DNA of 64,000 nt from Phaeosaccion multiseriatum (lineage: Eukaryota > Protista > Ochrophyta, other classes): positions 4,712,001-4,776,000 of the forward strand of contig OZ218950.1 of the NCBI GenBank assembly GCA_965112735.1, written 5' to 3'. A program made the position numbers and the translations under genes. The notes beneath the pieces are model-generated. The model made no database searches. It worked only from the letters and a program-made list of their open reading frames with translations, and was not told where the DNA came from. Positions 33,098 through 49,862 of this stretch are shown one piece after another. Every line of letters starts with the position of its first letter. Position 1 is the stretch's first letter.

Positions 33098-33781
33098 ATG
33101 ACCGACTATGACGACGATCCAGTGATTGGCCTGGATGGCGATGAGGCGGCGGCGGCTGCTGCTACAGATGAGGATGAGGAGGATGGTGATGATCATGATG
33201 ACGGTGATGGTGATGATGCTGAGGGAGGGGAGGAGGGGAGGGGCTCAGGTCGCGGAGATGGAGGACGACAGTGAGGAGGCCCAAGCGATGGTGGAGATGG
33301 AAGCCGCCGAAGAGGCCGAAGGACGCGCAAATGACGGCAGTCGCCAGAATGTCCTTCGTCATGGACCCGTCCACAGGGGAGTGTAGGGGAACTCGGAGGA
33401 CGACGACCTTGACGACGGCGATGAGGACGTCAACTCAGACGTGGAGGACAACATCGTTAAGCCCAACGACTTTGTCCTGCTGGCCACCAACACGGAGGAG
33501 GACGAGTTCTCCACCCTCGAGATGCACATTTACGACGAGCAGGAGGGCAGCTTTTACCTTACGTACACCACGATATCTCCCTGTCGGCGCTGCCTTTCTG
33601 CATGGCAAGGATGGATATCCCCCGCGGCATTTGGCGGCGGGCCAGGACGGGGTGGTGATGGGTAGGTACTTGTGTGGCGGTGGGCATCTTTGAACCGGCC
33701 ATTGAGATCTGGACCCTCGATGTGTTGGACCCGCTGGAGCCGAGTGCCACACTGGGTGGCCCCGCGCCTGTGCAGAGCAAG
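33098..33781 (+). pseudogene. PWP1: Disrupted, truncated PWP1 (periodic tryptophan protein 1) fragment
   Basis: DVEDNIVKPNDFVLLATNTEEDEFSTLEMHIYDE, then a frameshift to YVHHDISLSALPFCMA.MD, an in-frame TGA, then VAVGIFEPAIEIWTLDVLDPLEPSATLGG. More frameshifts occur in the acidic N-terminal part, and there are no downstream WD40 exons before the next gene. Confidence 0.75.
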
Positions 33782-33952
33782 TGAGTGCGGTGCAAGTGCA
33801 CTCGGGGAATAGAACGGGGCTTAGCGCCATCATTCGCGTAACCGTAAATACGGAGGCGGGCTGTTACTTTTAGGATGAGAGATGGCACTTAAAGGGGTCT
33901 GCGTGTCAAGAAATATCGCACCAATATAAGGTAAAGTAATTAAGGCATCACC

Positions 33953-35681
33953 ATGCAATTCCTCGTCCTCGTGCTGTTGTCCTTTGTAGTGGCTCTGGCC
34001 CACCCATTCGCGTCCCCTGGTAAGACCCACACAGGATGGCAAATCACCACCTGACTCGAAAGATTTATTTCTCGTGCGCCTGACGCTCTCGTGCTAATAA
34101 TATTTCTTCCACACCTTTTTTTCTTCGTTATAACCACCGGGGAGTCAGGGAAGCTGCTGGTGCTTGGAGGAACAGGTGCGGAAGAGGCGAGAAAAAGACA
34201 AGTGGTCGTTGAGTTGAGGAATGATGAACTGTTTCGTTAATATACCCACATTTCTCGTATGGGTCCAAACAGGCTTTGTAGGGGGGGAGGTGATTCGGGG
34301 AGCAGTGAGCGAGGGCTGGGAAGTCACATCGGTGAGTCGGAGAGGAGCCCCCACAGCGGGAGCAAAGGGCTGGACATTGGAGGGAGATGCTCAACTCATC
34401 GGAAAGGTGAGATGCCGGGACTTCCTCGCCTGCCGCTCTCGTCTCTCTCACAGTGCGGCGAGAGATATGAGTGTTGCTCTCTCCCTGAGTAGTAGCAGCA
34501 GCAGCAGCAGCAGTAGCAGCAGCAGGAGTAGTAGCCTTCCCGACCGAAAGTTTGCTTCCCGGCACTTCACAGGTGACGTGGAAGAGTGGCGACTCTTCCG
34601 ATGCAGGCTTCGTGAGCTCCATTGTGCAAGAGGGGGAGTTCGATGCAGTGGTGCACGCCATAGGGATGCTCTTCGAGGGTAACATCAATCGGTAAGTCTG
34701 CTGCCTGAAGGAGAGGAGCGCATCGCTTTGCCCCAAGTATTGTGCTCCCCATGTGCTCAGCTCGCAAGACCTGTCCTTGTCCTGTCATGCTGTGCACCTC
34801 TGCTGCGCCGAAAGATACGTCTCAGGTAGTGGCTCAGTGCCCGACCAAGGCTCAACCTACGACAAGGTCACACGGCAGACAGCTGTTAACGCCATGGATG
34901 CGTTTGCTGCATACGCCAAAGCCAAGAGCGACAGCAGCAGCAGCAGCGGCGACGGCGGTGATGGCGACAAGGCTTGTGCCTCAGCGCCCTTTGTGTTCAT
35001 GTCGGCGGCTGAGGCTGGATGGGGCTTTGACGGTGAGCCACACCCTCCCTCCCTCCCTCCCTCCCTCCCTCCCCCCCCTCCTCCTTCGGTCGTTGCCATG
35101 CCTCCACTGCCGCCGTCCTCACCGTCCTCTTGACTCCCTCCTCCCCACCAACGCTCCTCCTACAGGCGCCTTTCAAGGCACTCCGGTGGAATGGCTGCAC
35201 CGTTACCTGGTGGCCAAGAGGGCTGTCGAGGACCGTCTTCTGAAAGTGTACTCCTCAGGTAAGCGCAGGAGCAAGGAAGAGTGGCCCTCCTTCCCCTCCC
35301 TCCCTCCCTCCCTCCCCCCGCCCCTCCCGCCTGCGAGCAGATAGTGCTCACTGTGCATAAGGCTGTAATGTACCCACCCTCTCTCTTTCAACACTCCTTT
35401 GTTCTCTCCACTGCCCTTTGAACGTATCCCTCCGACTACTACAGACTTGCGCGGAGTAGTGTTGCGCCCGTCACTGGTGTGGACGAAAAAGCAGCCACTT
35501 GCACTCCCGTCCGTGGCGGCTTTCACCGTCGCCAACTTCATTGGTCTGCCCTTCGTGGATAGGCCCGTCAACGTCAAGGTTAGCCCCGACCTTGAACACG
35601 TACCCTCTACCCCTACCCTCACCCTCACCTCTGCCCTCATTCTCACCCTCACCCACCCCCTCACCCTCACCCTCCCACTCT

Positions 35682-35712
<31 letters not shown>

Positions 35713-36020
35713 CCCTCCCCCATGTCCCTGACAATTTGACAACAACGCCCAGACGGTGGCCAAGACAATTCTCCAGGTAAAAAGATATGAATGTGATTGT
35801 ACAGTATGATTGTCGCAGATGATACCATGTGTGGAATACTCGAGAGTAAAAGTCACTCACTCCCTTCGCCCTTACGTTTTGTTTGACTTGCCCCCGGCGC
35901 TCTCTCCTGTCCCCCCCCTCCCTGCCTTCCCCCCTTCAGGCCCTGCGCGACCCAAGCACCAGTGGGGTTGTTGACTACAAGGGCATGGCCAAGCTCGCTG
36001 ACGCCTACGGCAAGAGGTAG
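33953..36020 (+). CDS. Atypical SDR / NAD(P)-binding epimerase-dehydratase family protein with signal peptide
   Basis: Exons approx. 33953-34019, 34149-34175, 34273-34406, 34573-34691, 34815-35031, 35166-35258, 35444-35578, 35753-35776, 35940-36020. Spliced KLLVLGGT|GFVG, VSRRG, AVVHAIG, FVFMSAA, YLVAK (YxxxK), VLRPSLVW. Confidence 0.88.
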
Positions 36021-37283
36021 TCAGTCAGGTAGGCCTGAGGTGTGAGCAGCACGGAGGAGCAGGGGGGGCATGGGCAGGTAGGTACTGAGCGGGTGCACAG
36101 CTTGCGAAGGAGCCGAAGTGAAGCGTGGTAACCGCAGCCCCTGTTCGACCATTCTCGACCGGCCGGAGTGAGGAGGTGGAAGACCCCAAGCGCATGAAGT
36201 GCGTGCGCTACACAAGGAGCAGCAGGGGCAGAAGCGTCTTGAGGAGAGCGAGGGAAGCGAGGCCAAGAGTGTTGGGGCCATGCCATGATGGATGGCGTCA
36301 CGTAACGGGTCCGGGCCCCGTGTATTTTTGTTGGACCTTGTTCCATGCATCGGGCAGCTGTGCTCTTTGCTCGTGACTCCCCTCTACTTCATTTCACCCT
36401 TCCAACTTCATCTCCCAGCGTAGCATTGCACCCAAGCCTTCGGGCGCCCTCTTCCACCTGCATACATGACACCATGAATACTCTGTATAGACCAGTACAT
36501 ACATGACTGAATACTCTGTATAGATCGGTACATACATGAGATGGATGCTCTCTCCCTCGCCGCACGGCTTGCTTGGGTCCACACGATGGCCTTGTGCAGG
36601 AGAGGTTGTGGAGGTGAGAGTGGGGGAGGGTTGAGGTGTTCGGGGTGGGTGGGCAGGAGGCTGGGGGGGGGGGGGTTGTAAAAGGAGGAGGGATGGGCGA
36701 AGGATGAGAGGAAGAAGCGGCGGCGCGGCAAGGTCAAAGGGGCGAAAAGGCGCCTTCGCTCCGAGAAGGGAGCCCCCCCCCCACCTTGCCCCACTCCCCT
36801 TCGCCTTGCTTCGATTGCACAGTCAAGCCACAGTCACTGCTCCCCCAACATGACTTGAGTTGATACGAGCTGTACCTAGCTGCTGGGCTCGTATTAAAAC
36901 AGCCCACATGTATCTTGAACCTTTAATTTTTTTTATTTCATAAAAAATTACAGTAAAATTAATTTTTTTATTTTTATTTTCTACATTCTACGTAGTACTA
37001 CGTAGTACGAAGTTATAAAAAACAGATAAACTAGGTGTACCCGTCGCAGCAGAGGGAGATGTGTGCCTGCCCTGCCCTCCCCCCCCTCCCTCCCATGATT
37101 GGAACTGACGAACATCGCACCCCTCTCCTTCCAACCAGGATGGACCCCACGCCCTCCCAGCAGTATAGACCTCACCTCTCCCCATATACCGCACTCCCTC
37201 CGTCCGTCCTTCCTTCCTTCCTTCCCTTCCCTCTCTCCCTTCCTCTGCCAGCAGCCGCCAAGGCGGACTCTCTCTCTCCTTGG

Positions 37284-43731
<6,448 letters not shown>

Positions 43732-44019
43732 TCAGAGCTCACCTGCACGCCGTGACCTTCTCCTCAATGGACTTCCCTCTTTCTACTAATGAATGGGACC
43801 GTCACCACCTCGGGGGGGTGCTTGATTTTGTAAGATGAGAGGGCGGGCGGCCGGAGGGTATGCGAGTTGTAATCTACACACAGATGCCGGCATCTCGGGC
43901 GATTTGGATTCTTTTGATCCGACCGCCTCCTCCGCCAAGTCCTGGGATCATCAGTCTTTCAAGAACAATACACGCTGAAAAGCAGCAGTCCAGCACTCTA
44001 GGTCCATCCAATTAACACC

Positions 44020-46876
44020 ATGTCTGAATCCCCGGAGCTATCGAACATCGGCCTGTATGGCCTGGCGGTCATGGGGCAAAACTTTGCTCTCAACATGGCG
44101 AGGTGAGGAAGAGTTTTAGTGTTTACGCGTGAATGCCTCCCTGTTTCCAAACCCCTTGCCTTGACCTGATGAACACCTTATTCCTACGACCTGAACAGTC
44201 ATGGCATCAAGGTCTGGGTCTGAACGCCTCCACTGTTTCCAAAACCTGTGCCTTGGGTTGATGATATCCTGGTGACCCTCCCTGCGAAAGCTTTAGTCCC
44301 TCTGCGTGAATGCCTCCACTGTTTCCCAAACCCCGTGTCTTGACCTGATGACCACCTCGTGACCCTCCCTACCTACTATCTGAACAGCCATGGCAAGTGT
44401 CTATGCGTGCACACCTCCGCTCTATCCATTCCCCGTCCTCCCTTGACCTCACAACCTCCTCCCTGCAATCTCAACAGCCATGGCTTCAAGGTCTCGGTCT
44501 GCAACCGATCACCGGAGAAGGTAGACACCACCGTCGAGCGTGCAAAGGCGGAAGGAGACCTGCCCATCGAGGGACACAAGGACGTCGGCGAGTTCGTCAA
44601 GAGCCTGGCCAAGCCCCGCATGGTCGTGTTGCTGGTGCAGGCCGGCAAGCCCGTAGACAGCACCATCGAGAAGCTGACGGAGCACCTGGAGGAGGGCGAC
44701 GTTGTGATTGATGGAGGCAATGAGTGGTTCCCCAACTCTGTGAGGCGCTCGGAGGAGCTGGGCAAGTTGGGTGAGTGAGTGAGTGAGTGAGTGAGTGAGT
44801 GAGGAAGTCAGGGAGGGTGAGGAAGCCAAGGGGAAGTGAATAGAAGCATGGAAACAATACGGTAGGGAAGATGACATGATGCGTTGGGCTTCGTGCCCCC
44901 CCCAGCGCACTCGGGGCAAACAAACAAGCCTCCTTCCTCCTGCTCCTCCTCCTCCTCACCTCCTCCCTCCCTGCCCCCCTCCCATCCATCCACAAGGCAT
45001 CATGTTCGTCGGAATGGGCATCAGCGGAGGCGAAGAGGGCGCCCGCAATGGGCCCTCCCTCATGCCGGGGGGACCCAAGAAGGCCTACGACCTGCTGGAG
45101 CCCATCATCACCAAGTGCGCCGCCCAAGTGGCCGACGGACCCTGCACCACCTACCTCGGCGAGATTGGAGCCGGGAACTATGTCAAGATGGTACATAACG
45201 GCATTGAGTACGGTGACATGCAACTCATCGCAGAGGCCTATGACATTCTCAAGTCGGTGGCGGGTATGGACAATGAAGACCTTGCCGCTACCTTCGCGGC
45301 GTGGAACGAGACGGATCTGCAGTCCTTCCTCATTGAGATTACGGCTGCCATCTTCGCTAAGAAGGATGATAAGGTGGGTAGGTCAGTCTGTGTGGCGGTC
45401 TGTTGCTGTCGCACGGACGGTCTGTCTGTCTGTCAGTCTGTCTGTCTGTTTGGCTGCCGTTCTCTCTCTCTTTCTCTCTGTCTGCCCTCACGTATATATA
45501 TATATATTATACGTCTGTTCGTACCCTCTGTTTGCCCCTCCTTCTCCCCCCTCCCCTCCCTCTCGCCTGTCCCTGGCAACTTCCAATTTGTCGAAAAACT
45601 GAACCCTCACCCCCCACCCTTCACACTCACAACACAAACAGACCAGCGAGGGCTACGTGGTCGACAAGGTACTTGACAAGACCGGCATGAAGGGCACCGG
45701 CCGATGGACCGTGCAGGAGGCAGCAGAGCGCAGCGTCGCCGGTCCCACCATCGCTGCTGCGCTTGACGCGAGGTACTTGAGTGGCAGGAAGGACGAGAGG
45801 GCTGCGGCGGCAGGGGTGCTCAAGGGGCCCTCTGTTGTGCCCAAGGTGGACAAGCAACAGCTCGTGGAGGATGTGCAGGTGAGGAGGAGGAGGAGATGGG
45901 ATGGGGGAGGAGAGGAGGGGATGGGGAGGAGGAGGAGGAGGAGGAGGAGGAGGAGGAGGAGGAGGAGGAGGAGGAGGGGATGGGGGGGAGAAGGAGGAGG
46001 AGGAGGAGGAGGAGGAGTAAGAGGAGGAGGAGGAGGAGGACACACACACACACTCACACATGCTGGTCTCTCTTCTTTCTCTTCTCACTCTTATCTGTCT
46101 CTCTCTCTCTCTCTGTCATGCCCACGCTCTTCCCTCCCCCCAGGCGGCGCTCTACTGCGCCAAGGTGTGCAGCTACGCTCAGGGCATGTGCCTCATCAAG
46201 GCCGCTTCCGACCACCACAGCTGGGGCGTCAACCTCTCCGAGTGCGCCCGTATCTGGAAGGGGGGATGCATCATCCGAGCCAAGTTCCTGGAGACCATGC
46301 AGGATGCCTTCAAGCGCCAACCTGAACTCGCCAACATGCTGGTGGACTCGCAGTTTAGCGCTCTGCTCAACGAGCAGCAGGCCGGCTGGAGGAGGGTGGT
46401 GTCGCTGTGCGTGGCGAGCGGCATCCCCTGCCCTGCGCTGTCGGCGAGTCTGCAGTACTTTGACTCCTACCGCCGGGAGGTAAGTTGTTGACTTTAGCAA
46501 GCGAGCAAGCAAGAAGGAAGCAAGCAAGGAAGGAAGGAAGGAAGGAAGGAAGGAAAGAAACAGGGCCTCAGTCTCCTTCGTTTGTATACCCCCCCCCTTC
46601 CGCCCGCGGGGTGGCGCGCGCCCAATGGACTTCAATAGATACCGTACTTACGAATTCCCTCGACTCTCTCCTTCTCCTTCTCCTTCCCCCCCCCCCCCCA
46701 ACCCATCCACTGCCATCCCTCAGCGCCTGCCCGCCAACCTGGTGCAGGCCCAGCGTGACTTCTTCGGTGGTCACACATACGAGCGCACTGACATGGCGGG
46801 AACATTCCATACGCTATGGGATGACTCGCACAAGGACCTTGGAGACCTCACGGGGAGGACGGCAGGAGAGCTCTAA
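44020..46876 (+). CDS. 6PGDH: 6-phosphogluconate dehydrogenase, decarboxylating
   Basis: Exons 44020-44102, 44478-44770, 44997-45373, 45642-45878, 46144-46479, 46724-46876. Motifs [68 protein letters not shown]. No presequence. Confidence 0.98.
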
Positions 46877-47813
46877 GTGACTAAGTAGCTAACTCTAGTG
46901 TAGTGGAAGAAGGTGTAGCAGCATTGATAGCAATTCTTTCTCGGTTGGAGGTGGTGGTCTGATCATGGTAGAGGACGGTGGGGCCCGAGAACCCTCTCTC
47001 TCTCTCTCTCTCTCTCTAGCTTTTTCGTTCTACCTACCTAGCTTCTATTTGGAGCTCTCTAGCTTTAGGTGTACTCCACTAGCTGGCACCTCCCACTTGG
47101 AGGGCGTATGTATTTGTGTACATGACGGTGGGGAGATTGAGGGCGATTGACGTAGGTCTATGGTATCCGTTACATTCAATGAGAAAGGAGGTGGGAGGAG
47201 GTGGGCGGAGGTGTATGGGGGTGTATGAGGGTGTATGAGAGCCGTAAGGAAGGGCGGGCCGAAGGCGAGAGTAAACCGCACTCCCCTTTTGTAGGGGGGG
47301 CGGGAGGGAGCTTTGTGTTGTGTGCGTGGGTACGCACGTACGTAGTTATGGGGGTGCGAGGGTGGCTCCCTTGGTAAGCTCTGTTGGTAAGCGGGGGAGG
47401 GGAGAGGACAAGGACGGACGGGGCGAGGGCAGCGGCGCAGGCGAAGGCGAAGGCAGGGCAGGCGTTTCTCTCTCGCCTCACCTCACCGTATACATTTGCA
47501 TCAGTACATCAAGCAGTGTCAGGTCACATGGGGACCATTCAGGCCATTCAGGCCATGGGGAGCACAATGAGATTACACTTTCTTTACTTTTGCACCGTCA
47601 TTCTCTCATCCTCGCGCCGAAGTGCCTGCACGCAGCCAGCCCTCTCTTCCTTCCTTCCTTCCTTCCTCATGCATGCAGCCAGCCCTCTTCCTTCCTTCCT
47701 TCCTTCCTTCCTTCCTTCCTTCCTTCCAGCTGTGCTGTGCTATGTGAGAAGCGAAGTGCTCGCCGACACACCTTACGTGTAGCATAAACTCCGTCTCGAT
47801 GTATGTCTGTATG

Positions 47814-47847
<34 letters not shown>

Positions 47848-47899
47848 TGTATGTATGTATGTATGTATGTATGTATGTATGCATGTATGTATCCCTTCC

Positions 47900-48271
47900 T
47901 CACCGCATATTTCTCAGTCCCGCCACGCAACCCCTGTTTAAGGGGAGGGAGGGACGGAGAGAGAGAGGGAGGGACGGGGGGGGCACAGGACACACACACA
48001 CACAGACATGTGCTCAGGTGTAGAGAGGGAGGGAGGGAGGGAGGGAGGGGACAGAGGGGGGGAGGGGAGGGGAGGGGAGGGAGAAGATGCATCCATCTAG
48101 GTGAGGAGCACCTTGCGTCTCGTACCTGCAGTCGCAGCGCAAAGTCGCTGCTGCCGTGAGGCCGAGGCTCCAGGGTATCGTTCGATGCTCAAGCAATTTC
48201 CACTCTCCTCCTTCTTCTTGGATCCAATGCTGTGCAGCGAAGCAGCGACAGGGAGAGTACATCGTAGCGAG

Positions 48272-48312
<41 letters not shown>

Positions 48313-49777
48313 GCCCACCACCACCCCGTCCCGCACCACAAACACATTTGCATCTATGGATGCATGTATGCATTCATTCCTTCATTCGCGTCAGCCTCCT
48401 CCCCCCCCCCTGCTTGCCGTGTGCGCCCCTGCCCCACCCACCGCCATCCACCCACTGCCCCATCTACTGCCATCCACCCACTGCCCCATCTACTGCCATC
48501 CACCAACTGCCCCATCTACTGCCATCCACCAACTGCCCCATCTACTGCCATCCACCCACTGCCCCATCTACTGCCATCCACCCACTGCCCCATCTACTGC
48601 CATCCACCCACTGCCCCATCTTCTGCCATCCATCCACTGCCCCATCTACTGCCATCCACCCACTGCCCCATCTACTGCCACCCACCCACTGCCCCATCTA
48701 CTGCCATCCACCCACTGCCCCATCTACTGCCATCCACTGCCATCCACCCACTGCCCCCATCTACTGCCTTCCATCCACTGCCCCATCTACTGCCATCCAC
48801 CCACTGCCCCATCTACTGCCATCCATCCACTGCCCCATCTACTGCCATCCACCCACTCGCCTGGTGTACTCAACTCCCCCGGAACTCACTGCCCCACAGC
48901 CGCACTGCCCCCACCCATTGCCCAGTGACATGATAACACACCTGGGTGGCCAGAAGCGTGTTGATGCTGCCCGCGTTAGCCTCGATGCACGTGCTCCACG
49001 CCTCCTTGCCCCCCGCCACCAAGCGCACATCCCTGCTACTCACTTGCAGCCCCTGTGGTCGGCTCCCCTCTTTGAGCTGATCCTCCCATTTGTCAAGCCT
49101 ACCACCTGCATCTACCAGCTCGGAAACGCCGCTGTCTCCTCGCGTATTGGTGCTCCAGAGCGCTTTCATGCCGTCCACGTCGCCAGTTGTGAGAGCAGCA
49201 TAGAAGGCCTCCAATGCTGTTGTTAAGTTCGATACAGCAGCGGCGGCAGTAGCAGTAACAAGGGAAGGGAAGGGAAGGAAACGAAAGGTTGACACTGTCT
49301 AGTGAAGAAGGTGAAAAGAAAAAAAGCATACAACAGGACAGAAAACTCTACCCACACACGTGTAAGGCGTGCTTTCCACTACACACCACACCACATACAC
49401 ATCCTTTGTCTGACACGTACACGCCCACGCACACACCCACGCACACACCCACGCACACGCCTACCTGTGACCACGGCCTGTTCCTCGTCCGAGAATTTGT
49501 CGTCAGCGCTGGGCACAATGTCGAGAGGAGGGAACACCTGCCAGGCAAGATGTGAGAGAGGAGAGAGAGGTGAGAAAATAGAGGGAGGAGTACACGGCAG
49601 GCAACGGGGCGCTTAACAAAGATTTACGAGTGACGGCATGCAACGGGGCAATTAAGATAAGATAAGATAAGATATGATATGCGAGCGAATCAAAGCGGGG
49701 GGAGAGGGTGACATGCACAAAAAAAACACACACACACGCGCGCGCACACACACACACTCAGACGCACACGCACACAC

Positions 49778-49862
<85 letters not shown>

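Noticed and set aside
33655-33660. In-frame TGA in the PWP1 fragment as selenocysteine or readthrough
   Set aside because: Accompanied by several frameshifts and truncation; decay is the simpler explanation.
36860-37035. Helitron 3' end (hairpin + CTAG)
   Set aside because: Hairpin-to-CTAG spacing and flanking bases do not fit, and no 5' end or helicase is seen.
48444-48858. Regular 26-bp repeats resembling a CRISPR array or a Cys/His-rich protein
   Set aside because: Head-to-tail units without unique spacers, inside an intron of a eukaryotic gene, and no cas genes.
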